Assembly: GCA_005239935.1 (NCBI GenBank)
Contig: SBAZ01000152.1
Span: forward strand, 1-36,799
Length of the DNA stretch: 36,799 bases
Reading direction: 5' to 3'
Source: Planctomycetales bacterium
GTDB taxonomy: Bacteria; Omnitrophota; Gorgyraeia; Aquiviventales; Aquiviventaceae
Below the pieces are notes generated by a model that worked only from the letters and a program-made list of their open reading frames with translations, was not told the origin of the DNA and did no database searches. Below, piece after piece: positions 1 to 8,164 of the stretch (position 1 is the stretch's first letter; each line of letters starts with the position of its first letter). Both the position numbers and the translations under genes were made by a program.

Positions 1-225
1 AACCTGCCCCAAGCGTTCGCGGGCCGTGCTCGCGGCCTGCTGCAGCCCGACGAAGGCATCATGCACCGGCAGCGGGAGCAGGTCCGGCCGCTGCTGCCAG
101 AGGTAGACACCCACGGCGCCGGTGACCAGGCACCCGATCAGCAGGATGAGGCGGATGCTACCGTGTCCTCGGTGCGCGCCGGGAGGACTCGGCGCGGGGC
201 AGCTCGCCGACGAACTTATAGCCAA
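1..225 (-). CDS. Partial hypothetical membrane-anchored protein, runs off the window start; start codon uncertain
   Basis: Open minus-strand frame reading IRLILLIGCLVTGAVGVYLWQQRPDLLP... (hydrophobic segment) just after the regulator stop. The nearest in-frame start is a TTG at 225. Confidence 0.35.
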   Translation of the reverse strand, partial: MAISSSASCPAPSPPGAHRGHGSIRLILLIGCLVTGAVGVYLWQQRPDLLPLPVHDAFVGLQQAASTARERLGQV

Positions 226-874
226 CGTTCCGAACGGTTTCGAGATAGGTGGCGCCGCGCGTTTCGAGCTTCGAGCGGAGGCGGCGGATGTGCACGTCCA
301 CGGTCCGAGTCCCTCCGTAGTAGTCGTATCCCCATACTTTATCAAGGAGGACCTCGCGCGTGAAGACCTTGCCCGGGTGGGTCGCGAGGAACTTGAGGAG
401 TTCAAATTCCTTGTAGGTCAGATCCGCGGGGACGCCTTTGACGTGGACCTCATAGCGCGCGAAATCAATCACCAGGTCACCGGCGGTGAAGCCGTTCTTG
501 ACCTCGATGCGATGCAGCTTCCACAGCAGGAAGTGGAGCCGTTCGGCCAGCCGCTTGCCGCTCACGGGCAGGGTCAGGTAGTCTTCCAATCCCCAGGCGA
601 AGTCCACCTGCCCCAGCTGCGCGTCCGGCACGAGCAGCACCAGCGGCACCTCGCTGAGTCCGCCCTCGCGACGCAGGGCGTGGCAGAGCTTGGCCGGCTC
701 GGTGCCGCATCGCTCCAGATCGACCACCACGACGTCCGCGGGTCCCAGGGCGGCGTCCTCCCGGAACACCTCCGCCGAGGGCTTTGCCGCGACCGCAAAA
801 CCGCGCTCCATGAGCTCCGCGCGCAAGGGCTTCTTCGCGGCCCAGTCATCGCTGATGAGCAGCACGCGCGTCAT
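158..874 (-). CDS. OmpR-family DNA-binding response regulator, GlnR-like, with an atypical receiver domain
   Basis: C-terminal winged helix DLTYKEFELLKFLATHPGKVFTREVLLDKVWGYDYYGGTRTVDVHIRRLRSKL. The receiver lacks the conserved Lys (DYLTLPV). ATGA overlap with nadE. Confidence 0.9.
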   Translation of the reverse strand: MTRVLLISDDWAAKKPLRAELMERGFAVAAKPSAEVFREDAALGPADVVVVDLERCGTEPAKLCHALRREGGLSEVPLVLLVPDAQLGQVDFAWGLEDYLTLPVSGKRLAERLHFLLWKLHRIEVKNGFTAGDLVIDFARYEVHVKGVPADLTYKEFELLKFLATHPGKVFTREVLLDKVWGYDYYGGTRTVDVHIRRLRSKLETRGATYLETVRNVGYKFVGELPRAESSRRAPRTR

Positions 875-2550
875 GCGGCGACCTGGTAGCGGTTGGTGAT
901 CGGGATGCGTCGATCTTTGCCGAACGCTTTCGGCGTGATCTTGATGCCGGGTGCGGCCTGCCGCCGCTTGTACTCGGCCCGGTCCACCATCCGCACCACG
1001 CGGGTCACCAGGGTTGGCGGGAACCGCCGCAGCGCCAGGATCTCCTGCAGGGACCGGTCGTCCTCCACATAGGCCGTGAGGATGGCGTCCAGCACCGGGT
1101 AGGGTGGCAACGTATCCTGGTCCGTCTGGTTCGGCGCCAGCTCCGCCGAGGGCGCGCGGCGCAGGACGCTGTCGGGGACCGGCCGGCCCGGGCCGCGGCG
1201 GTTGCGGTACCGCGCCAGCTCATAGACGAGCATCTTGGGCACGTCCTTGAGCACCGCAAACCCACCGACCATGTCCCCGTAGAGCGTGCAGTACCCGGTG
1301 GCGATCTCGCTCTTGTTGCCCGTCGTGAGCACCAGCCATCCAAACTTATTCGAGAAGGCCATCGTGATCAAGCCCCGGATGCGGGCTTGCAGGTTTTGCT
1401 CCGTCACATCCTCGCCGCGGCCGGCGAAGCACGGCCGCAGCGTGCCCAGCGCCGCGCGGAAGAGCGGCTCAATCGACACCTCCCGGACTCCCATGCCCAG
1501 CGCCGCCCCCACCGTCTTCGCGTCGCGCTGCGTGGCCGCGGACGAGTACCGAGACGGCATGACCAGGCCCATCACGTGCTCCGACCCCAGCGCATCCGCC
1601 GCGAGGCACGCCGTGAGGGCCGAGTCCACGCCTCCGGAGAGCCCCAGGACGACGGTGGAGAATCCGTTCTTCCGCACATAGTCCCGCAGCCCGAGCACGA
1701 GCGCGCGGTAGATCTCCTCCAGCCGACCCAGCGGCTGGCGGACCGCCGGCCGCAGCCTGGGCCTGGGCTGTGCCGGGCTCCGGAACGCGGACCGCCCGCG
1801 GCCGACCCGGCCGACCTCGTCCGGCTCCAGATCCGCCACGAGCATATCGTCGCGGAACTGGGCCGCCAGCGCCGTCAGCTGCCCGCGGGGATTCAGCAGC
1901 AGGCTCGCCCCGTCGAACACCAGTTCATCCTGACCGCCCACGAGGTTGCAGTGCGCGACCGCCACCCGGTTCGCGCGCGCCTGGCGGGCGAAGACCGCCT
2001 CGCGCGTGTGCAGCTTGCCTGCGTGGTATGGGCTCGCGGAGATGTTGAGGAGCACCTGGGCTCCCTCGGCCGCCAGCCGGCGAGGCGGCTCGTCCAGCCA
2101 GAGGTCTTCGCAGATCGTCATCCCGCACCGCACCCCGCCGGCCTCGAAGATCAGCGGCTGGTCGCCGGGCGTGAAGTAGCGTTTCTCGTCAAAGACCCCA
2201 TAGTTCGGCAGCCTCTGTTTGCGGTACACGGCCGCCACGCGGCCCCCGGTCAGCACCCCGGCAGCATTATAAAGCCGACCGGCCCGGTCGCGGTCCACGA
2301 AGCCCACCACCGCCACGAGTCCTGACGCCGCCCCGGCGAGCCGGCGCAGGACGGCGAGGTTGTCGTCAATAAACCGCGGCTTGAGGAGCAAGTCCTCCGG
2401 CGGATACCCGGTGACCGCCAGTTCAGGCGTCAGCACCACATCCGCCCGCCACGCCTGCGCCGCACGCACGGCCTCCTCCAGGCGCCGCTCGTTGCCCGGC
2501 AGGTCGCCGACTGTGACGTTGCATTGTGCCAGTGCCAGACGCAGGGTCAT
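871..2550 (-). CDS. nadE: Glutamine-dependent NAD+ synthetase
   Basis: Nitrilase-like N-terminal domain (PELAVTGYPPEDL, YRKQRLPNYGVFDEKRYF, ICEDLW) plus synthetase domain (GLSGGVDS, NLQARIR, TGNKSE, PSAEL). Start placed at ATG 2550. Confidence 0.97.
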   Translation of the reverse strand: MTLRLALAQCNVTVGDLPGNERRLEEAVRAAQAWRADVVLTPELAVTGYPPEDLLLKPRFIDDNLAVLRRLAGAASGLVAVVGFVDRDRAGRLYNAAGVLTGGRVAAVYRKQRLPNYGVFDEKRYFTPGDQPLIFEAGGVRCGMTICEDLWLDEPPRRLAAEGAQVLLNISASPYHAGKLHTREAVFARQARANRVAVAHCNLVGGQDELVFDGASLLLNPRGQLTALAAQFRDDMLVADLEPDEVGRVGRGRSAFRSPAQPRPRLRPAVRQPLGRLEEIYRALVLGLRDYVRKNGFSTVVLGLSGGVDSALTACLAADALGSEHVMGLVMPSRYSSAATQRDAKTVGAALGMGVREVSIEPLFRAALGTLRPCFAGRGEDVTEQNLQARIRGLITMAFSNKFGWLVLTTGNKSEIATGYCTLYGDMVGGFAVLKDVPKMLVYELARYRNRRGPGRPVPDSVLRRAPSAELAPNQTDQDTLPPYPVLDAILTAYVEDDRSLQEILALRRFPPTLVTRVVRMVDRAEYKRRQAAPGIKITPKAFGKDRRIPITNRYQVAA

Positions 2551-2574
2551 TGGGGGGCCACACGGTAAGGTGTC

Positions 2575-2644
2575 ATTATAACACGAAGTCCCTCCCGAGG
2601 CTCCTATGGGAGGGACTGAGGAGGCGCGCCGACTATGGTATGCT
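2575..2644. promoter_or_regulatory. Divergent promoter region with a central 10-bp inverted repeat
   Basis: Minus-strand TGt-TATAAT (hexamer 2575-2580) toward nadE and plus-strand TGg-TATGCT (2639-2644) toward the receiver gene. AGTCCCTCCC-N11-GGGAGGGACT lies at 2587-2617. Confidence 0.55.
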
Positions 2645-2657
2645 AGGGGGCGCTCAG

Positions 2658-3056
2658 ATGACTCAGGCCAGCGGAACGCCCGCACGCGTGCTTGTGGTGG
2701 ATGACGAGGTGAAATTCTCCGGCGTCATGCGAGAGTTTCTCCGGGCGCGGGGCTACGAGGTCGCCGTCGCGAATACGAGCCATGACGCCCTCCGCGAGCT
2801 CGAGGCGTTCCGGCCGGAGGTCGTACTCATGGACATCATCATGCCCGGTCTGTCTGGCCTGGAGTTGTTGAAGCTGGTGCGGGAGCGCGCCTTTCCGCCC
2901 CGGGTCATTATGGTCACGGCGACAGACGAGGAACAGGTCGCCCAGCAGGCCATGCAGGACGGCGCCGAGGCCTTCATGGTCAAGCCGGTCAATTTCGAGG
3001 CCCTCGTCCAGGTCATTTCTCGGGTCTACCGCACCCCGCAGCCTCCCGCCGCGTAA
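2658..3056 (+). CDS. Single-domain CheY-like response regulator
   Basis: VLVVDDE, LMDIIMPGLSG, IMVT and VKP receiver motifs; no output domain. Confidence 0.92.
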   Translation: MTQASGTPARVLVVDDEVKFSGVMREFLRARGYEVAVANTSHDALRELEAFRPEVVLMDIIMPGLSGLELLKLVRERAFPPRVIMVTATDEEQVAQQAMQDGAEAFMVKPVNFEALVQVISRVYRTPQPPAA

Positions 3057-3861
3057 GTCCCTCGACAGGATGGCCGCCCGCCGGCGGCGAGCCACCCCCA
3101 GACCGGACCGCGCCACGCCGCACCCGCAGGCGCTCCCGGCCCCACGCCCAGAGGAGCCAGCCGAAGCAGACGACGACCGTCGCGATGGAGAACCACTTCC
3201 CGTATCGCCCGTCCGGGGCCAGCGGCTCCGTGGCCGCATGGAAGGCTTCGCTGTTGGGCAGGACGCCTGCCTCGCTGAACTCGTGAAACGACGCGAGCAG
3301 GATCTGCGCCAGGAAGAGCAGCAGGAAGAGGCTCGTGACCTGGAAGAACAGCTTGAGATTGATCAGGTGGCTGCACCGCACCCACAGGACCGCCAGGGCC
3401 ACGGTCACCAGGAGCCCAAGGCCGACGCCGGCCAGAAACGCGGGGTCGCGGACCTGCACCAGCATGAGCGCGGTCTCGATCCCCTCGCGTGCCACCATCA
3501 GGACGGTGAACACGAAGACCCCCCACGCCGCCCACCAGGGCGAGGGACGCGTGGAGACCTCGGCCAGCTTGGTTTCTGTGTCCCGCTTGAGGTGCCGCGC
3601 GTGCCGCCACATCTGGATGACCAGGGTGGACACAAAGACGACCGCCACGAGACCCAGTATGCCTTCCCAGAGCGGATCAAATCCCCGCTGCGCCAGCCCC
3701 CACCCGAGGCCGCCGCTCAGGACGAGGGAGGCCCCGATGCCCCAGTAGACCGGTGGGAGCAGCTGATGCCGGCCGACTTTCTGGAGATACGCCACGATGA
3801 TTGACACGATGAGGAAGGCTTCGAAGCCTTCCCGCAACACGATCACCAACGCTTGCACCAT
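3013..3861 (-). CDS. FTR1/EfeU-family iron permease
   Basis: Two RExxE motifs (REGFE, REGIE) and multiple TM segments. AAGGAG SD precedes ATG 3861. Confidence 0.93.
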   Translation of the reverse strand: MVQALVIVLREGFEAFLIVSIIVAYLQKVGRHQLLPPVYWGIGASLVLSGGLGWGLAQRGFDPLWEGILGLVAVVFVSTLVIQMWRHARHLKRDTETKLAEVSTRPSPWWAAWGVFVFTVLMVAREGIETALMLVQVRDPAFLAGVGLGLLVTVALAVLWVRCSHLINLKLFFQVTSLFLLLFLAQILLASFHEFSEAGVLPNSEAFHAATEPLAPDGRYGKWFSIATVVVCFGWLLWAWGRERLRVRRGAVRSGGGSPPAGGHPVEGLTRREAAGCGRPEK

Positions 3862-3918
3862 CCGAGCACTCCTTGTCAGGCCATCCGCCGGCACGGCTGA
3901 ACCCGCGCCGCCGGTGGC

Positions 3919-4674
3919 TCAGAATTCGACTTCGAGAATGCTCTTCACCTGCAGGTCGTCCGTGGGCGACGTCAACCCGAACGCCGGGCCGGCCAGCAGC
4001 CGCACGTGCGGCGTGAACGTCACCGCCACACCCGGCAGGAGCTGCTGCTTGTGGTGGCCGGCGAACCATTCCACGTCGTGCGATCCGCCCAGCTCTTCCT
4101 TGTACTCCAGGAAGCCCGTGATCCGCGGCGTGAAGGCGTGGCTGATCCCCGCCGTGTACTCGAACGTCCAGTCGCCATGCGTGTTCAGGTCCTTCTCCGC
4201 GATGAGATTCGTCACCAGGTGCACGGGCCCGACGTGCTTGGCCAGGATGAGCTTGTTCTCCCACGCATCGCTGCGGCGGTCGCGCGGTCCATTCGGCGCC
4301 TTGTACTCGGTGTAGAGCGTCACGTCCACCGGCCACTGCCCGACTTCGGCAAGGCGGTATTTGAGCTCCGCCTTCCACATGTCCCGTTGCCACTCATCGG
4401 CCCGGGCCGCGTCCCACGTGTAGACGTCATAGAGCGCGATTTGCAGGTGGTCCGTGAGACCGTACTCCAGCTCGAGCTGGTGCTTGGAATCGTGCGTGTC
4501 CCCGTTGTCAAGATCCGAGAAGTCATAGTCGTTGTACAACTCGACCTCGACCTCGCCCTGCGTGGTGGTGTAGTAGTCCTGGCTGAAGATGTAATTACGT
4601 AGGTGCGCCTGGGCCGGCGCCGCCGCCAGCACCCACACGACCGCCCCCGCTGCTGCTGCCCGCATCCGGTTCAT
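3919..4674 (-). CDS. Secreted, probably outer-membrane beta-barrel protein in the iron operon
   Basis: Signal peptide ending AQA, alternating beta-strand patterns (ELEYGLTDHLQIALY) and C-terminal Phe (ILEVEF). Confidence 0.75.
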   Translation of the reverse strand: MNRMRAAAAGAVVWVLAAAPAQAHLRNYIFSQDYYTTTQGEVEVELYNDYDFSDLDNGDTHDSKHQLELEYGLTDHLQIALYDVYTWDAARADEWQRDMWKAELKYRLAEVGQWPVDVTLYTEYKAPNGPRDRRSDAWENKLILAKHVGPVHLVTNLIAEKDLNTHGDWTFEYTAGISHAFTPRITGFLEYKEELGGSHDVEWFAGHHKQQLLPGVAVTFTPHVRLLAGPAFGLTSPTDDLQVKSILEVEF

Positions 4675-4888
4675 CAGACCTCCCAGAGACTGGCCGTACT
4701 GCCTCCGGGGAACCGGTCGGACGGCCCTGCTGTGTGAGCTCGGCTTCCGGGACGCCGGTCAGCCGCATCCGTTCGATCCGCTCAATTCGCACCACCTGGC
4801 CCTCGTGGACGACCAGGTGGACCGCGCCGTACTTCAACCCGGCCAGCGCCTGGGCCAGCCGTTGCACGAGGGTGGCGGCGACCATCAC
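4595..4888 (-). CDS. YezD/DUF2292-like small protein with a low-complexity tail overlapping the next gene
   Basis: Core LAQALAGLKYGAVHLVVHEGQVVRIERIERMRL matches the YezD pattern (xxGxVxIxVHDGxVVQIExxEKxR). GTGA overlap with the upstream ORF. Confidence 0.7.
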   Translation of the reverse strand: MMVAATLVQRLAQALAGLKYGAVHLVVHEGQVVRIERIERMRLTGVPEAELTQQGRPTGSPEAVRPVSGRSDEPDAGSSSGGGRVGAGGGAGPGAPT

Positions 4889-5079
4889 TCGCCCCGCACG
4901 CATTGGTGCGCCCGCTTGCCGCAGTTGCACGCCGCGCACAGCGCGTCCGGCTCGGTGCCGGCGGGCATGAGACAGTTGCAGTGCACGCACAGGTGCTCGA
5001 GGGCGGCAAAGCGGGCTTCCGGGGCGGCGGTGGCGCAGCCGGCCGCCAGCAGCGCACCGAGCAGCCACCGCGGCATCAC
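4885..5079 (-). CDS. Small Cys/His-rich putative lipoprotein
   Basis: Lipobox LLAAGC, then CxxCxC twice and HxC. Coupled by GTGA overlaps to fur and to the yezD-like gene. Confidence 0.7.
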   Translation of the reverse strand: MMPRWLLGALLAAGCATAAPEARFAALEHLCVHCNCLMPAGTEPDALCAACNCGKRAHQCVRGE

Positions 5080-5558
5080 GCCACCACCTGTTCAACGTGC
5101 AGCTTCGGAGGCAGCCGCCGGCGCGTCTTGGGCTCGAGCCGCCGGCAGTTCGCGCACACGCCGTACAGTTTGTGGGTGTGGGAGCGAAGCTGATACCCGA
5201 AGCGTTGGACGACTTCCTCCTGCAGCGCCTCCCAGCGCGGTTCCTGGAACTCAATGATTTCCCCGCAGTGGATGCACATCAGGTGGTCATGGTGCGGCTT
5301 GCCGAAGGTGACCTCGTAGTTCGGCGGGCCATACAGGAAATCGTGCTTTTCCACCAGCCCGGCCTCGGAGAGCAGCCCGAGCGTCCGGTAGACGCTGGCG
5401 CGCGAGATACCGGGGTTGGCGGCCTGCACGCTGTGCACGAGCTGCTCGGCCGTGAAGTGGAGGAAGGTCAGGGCCTGCCGCAACACGAGATCGCGCTGCG
5501 GCGTCATCAGAATGCCGCGCTCCTTCAGGACCTGTTTGGCTCGCAGATAGCGGTTCAT
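5076..5558 (-). CDS. fur: Fur-family transcriptional regulator
   Basis: TPQR, HFTAEQL, ISRASVYRTL, HHDHLMCIHCG and CANC motifs. Confidence 0.95.
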   Translation of the reverse strand: MNRYLRAKQVLKERGILMTPQRDLVLRQALTFLHFTAEQLVHSVQAANPGISRASVYRTLGLLSEAGLVEKHDFLYGPPNYEVTFGKPHHDHLMCIHCGEIIEFQEPRWEALQEEVVQRFGYQLRSHTHKLYGVCANCRRLEPKTRRRLPPKLHVEQVVA

Positions 5559-5562
5559 GGGG

Positions 5563-5611
5563 TGCGACTGGGTCTCAGGTGCGACATGGTCTCACCTGAG
5601 ACTGAGTCTCA
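5563..5611. promoter_or_regulatory. Three tandem Fur-box-like 7-1-7 sites with a 17-bp period
   Basis: TGCGACTGGGTCTCA (5563-5577), TGCGACATGGTCTCA (5580-5594) and the perfect palindrome TGAGACTGAGTCTCA (5597-5611), directly upstream of fur. Confidence 0.75.
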
Positions 5612-5625
5612 TACAATAGGATGTA

Positions 5626-5654
5626 ATAATAGGATTTTACGATACTCGTGTCAA
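5626..5654 (-). promoter_or_regulatory. Sigma70-type promoter of the fur operon
   Basis: TTGACA (5654-5649), 17-nt spacer, TATTAT (5631-5626), in an AT-rich patch. Confidence 0.8.
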
Positions 5655-5703
5655 GGCAGAAAAATCACTGAGACGTAGCGGCCTCAGCGGGGGATGCTGC
5701 GGA

Positions 5704-5928
5704 CTACTCGGGGACGGCTTCGACGCCGGCGATCTCGGGGACTTCGGCGCGGATGGCGCGCTCGATGCCCATCTTGAGGGTCATCATGGAGGAGGGGCAG
5801 CCGGCGCAGCTGCCCACCAGGCGCAGCTTCACCATCCCGTCCACCACGTCGATGAGTTCGATGTCACCCCCGTCCATCTGGACGGCCGGGCGGATGCGCT
5901 CGATGACTCTGGTCACACGGTCCTTCAT
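5704..5928 (-). CDS. NifU/Nfu-family Fe-S carrier (single domain)
   Basis: IRPAVQMDGGDIEL...LVGSCAGCPSSMMTLKMGIE; AGGAGG SD. Confidence 0.95.
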   Translation of the reverse strand: MKDRVTRVIERIRPAVQMDGGDIELIDVVDGMVKLRLVGSCAGCPSSMMTLKMGIERAIRAEVPEIAGVEAVPE

Positions 5929-5972
5929 GGAGTCCTCCTAAACCTCAGGTTACCACGCAGCTGGACGGGGAG

Positions 5973-6863
5973 TCAACCGCGTCCGGCGCGCGTGCCCAGC
6001 GCGGCGGCTACGGTGCGGCCGATCGCGGCCGGGCTCTCGATGACGGTCACCCCGGCCGCCTTCAGGGTCGCCATCTTTTCCGCGGCCGTGCCCTTCCCGC
6101 CTGCGATGATCGCTCCGGCATGCCCCATGCGTTTTTCCTTGGGGGCCAGGCGCCCGGCGACAAACGCGAACACCGGCTTGCGGATGCCGGCTTTTTTGAT
6201 GAGGGCAGCGGCTTCCTCTTCTTCTGTCCCGCCGATTTCGCCAATGAGCACGATGGCGTCGGTCTGGGGGTCTGTCTCGAGCAGCGGCAGCAGGTCCGTG
6301 AAGCTGGAACCCAATACCGGGTCGCCGCCGATGCCGATGCAGGTCGACTGTCCCAGCCCGGCTTGGGTCAACTGGTACACGGCATCATAGGTGAGGGTGC
6401 CGCTGCGGGAGAGCACCGCCACCCGGCCCGGCGCGTGGATGTAGCCGGGCATGATCCCCACCTTGCAGACCCCTGGGGTAATGAGGCCTGGGCAGTTCGG
6501 TCCGATGAGCCGGGAGGCACTCCCCTGCAGCCGCCGGCGGATGCGCACCATGTCGAGCGTCGGGATGCCCTCCGTGATTGTGACGACGAGTCGGAGGCCG
6601 GCGTCCAACGCCTCGACCATGGCGTCGTACGCGAACCGGGCCGGCACAAAGATGACGGTGGCGGTAGCACCGGTGGCCTTCACCGCGTCTCGCACCGCGT
6701 TGAAGACCGGTACCCTGTGCACCTGCTGGCCGGCCTTGCCCGGCGTGACACCGCCGACCACCGCCGTGCCGTACTCCAGCATCTTCTCCGTGTGGAAGGC
6801 GCCGGCTTGGCCGGTGATGCCCTGCACGAGCACGCGGGTGTCCTTGCCGACCAGGATGCTCAT
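5973..6863 (-). CDS. sucD: Succinyl-CoA synthetase alpha subunit
   Basis: [33 protein letters not shown] and RMGHAGA (phospho-His). Confidence 0.97.
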   Translation of the reverse strand: MSILVGKDTRVLVQGITGQAGAFHTEKMLEYGTAVVGGVTPGKAGQQVHRVPVFNAVRDAVKATGATATVIFVPARFAYDAMVEALDAGLRLVVTITEGIPTLDMVRIRRRLQGSASRLIGPNCPGLITPGVCKVGIMPGYIHAPGRVAVLSRSGTLTYDAVYQLTQAGLGQSTCIGIGGDPVLGSSFTDLLPLLETDPQTDAIVLIGEIGGTEEEEAAALIKKAGIRKPVFAFVAGRLAPKEKRMGHAGAIIAGGKGTAAEKMATLKAAGVTVIESPAAIGRTVAAALGTRAGRG

Positions 6864-6967
6864 CCTACCACCTGCCGCACGGCCGCTGACACGGGCTTGC
6901 CACTGGTGCGGCCGAGCGCGCTGCGCTCGGCGTGCCTTCGGCACGCCCCGGCAGGTGGTGGAATCAT
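6860..6967 (-). mobile_element. ATGA-flanked palindromic element E1 with a 35-aa bridging ORF (sucC|sucD)
   Basis: ATGA-TTCCACCACCTGCCG...[56 protein letters not shown]. Mobility is inferred. Confidence 0.75.
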
Positions 6968-8148
6968 CGGGCGAGCTCGACGACCTTCCGGGCGGCCTCT
7001 TCCAGCTCGTCGCAGGTGATGAGGTTCAGCCGCTCGGCCTGCCGGAGCAGGCGACGGCCCTCCTCGACATTCGTGCCCTGCAACCGGACGACGATCGGCA
7101 TCGTGACTTGGAGTCGCTGCGTGGCATTGAGCAGCCCCTGCGCGATCCAGTCGCAGCGCATGATGCCGCCGAAGATGTTCACGAGGATCGCCTTGACCCG
7201 GGCGTCGGCCAGGATGATCTCGAAGGCCTTGGTCACCTGGTCCACGTTGGCCCCGCCGCCGACGTCGAGGAAGTTCGCGGGCTGCCCGCCGCACAGCGTG
7301 ATGATGTCGTTCGTTGCCATGGCCAACCCGGCGCCGTTGACCAGACAGCCAATCGTCCCGCTGAGCCCAACATAGGAAATGCCAATGCGACTTGCCTTGA
7401 GCTCCAGCGGGTGCTCCTGGCTCTCGTCGCGCAGGCCGGCGAGGTCCGGGTGCCTGAAGAGCGCGTTATCGTCGAGGACAACTTTCGCGTCCACCGGCAG
7501 CAGCCGGCCGTCTTCGAGGAGCGACAGGGGATTAATCTCCACGAGCGAGGCGTCCTGCGCCTCGAAAAACCGCCAGAGCCCCTGGGCCATGCGCTGCCCC
7601 TGCTCTGCCTGGGACCCGCTCAGGCCCAGCGTGTCGGTGAGGCGCCGCGCGGCGGCGGGGGTGAGTCCTTCGGTGATCTCCAGCAGCTCCCGATGAATCG
7701 CGCTGGGCTGGGTGGCGGCCACCTCTTCGATGTCGACGCCGCCCTGCCGGCTCGCCAGGACGACGGGGGCGGCCCGGAACCGATCGATGGTGACCGCCAC
7801 ATAGAGCTCTGCGCGGGCCGCCACGCGCTCATCGATGAGCACGGCGGTTACCGGCAGCCCCTCCGGCCCTGTTTGTGTGGTGACGAGCCGCCGGCCCAGC
7901 AGGGCGCGGGCGTGCTCAGCGGCCTGCGCAGCGCTCGTCGCCACCAGGATGCCGCCGGCCTTGCCGCGGCCGCCGGCGTGGAGCTGCGCTTTGACGTTGC
8001 AGACGAACCCCTCACCGCCCCCGCACGCGGCGCGCAGCCGGTCATAGGCGCTGGCGGCCTCTTGGGGGGTCGTGGCGGGCACTCCGCGCTGGATGGGCAC
8101 TCCGGCGGCCTCGAGCAGCTGTTTGGCCTGGTATTCATGGAGCTTCAT
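6964..8148 (-). CDS. sucC: Succinyl-CoA synthetase beta subunit
   Basis: [40 protein letters not shown] and NFLDVGGG. Confidence 0.97.
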   Translation of the reverse strand: MKLHEYQAKQLLEAAGVPIQRGVPATTPQEAASAYDRLRAACGGGEGFVCNVKAQLHAGGRGKAGGILVATSAAQAAEHARALLGRRLVTTQTGPEGLPVTAVLIDERVAARAELYVAVTIDRFRAAPVVLASRQGGVDIEEVAATQPSAIHRELLEITEGLTPAAARRLTDTLGLSGSQAEQGQRMAQGLWRFFEAQDASLVEINPLSLLEDGRLLPVDAKVVLDDNALFRHPDLAGLRDESQEHPLELKASRIGISYVGLSGTIGCLVNGAGLAMATNDIITLCGGQPANFLDVGGGANVDQVTKAFEIILADARVKAILVNIFGGIMRCDWIAQGLLNATQRLQVTMPIVVRLQGTNVEEGRRLLRQAERLNLITCDELEEAARKVVELAR

Positions 8149-8164
8149 GAACGACGGCGCCGGG

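Noticed and set aside
6860-6967. Elements as self-splicing introns or intrinsic terminators
   Set aside because: They are too short, lack group I/II core motifs and U-tracts, and lie between rather than within coding sequences.
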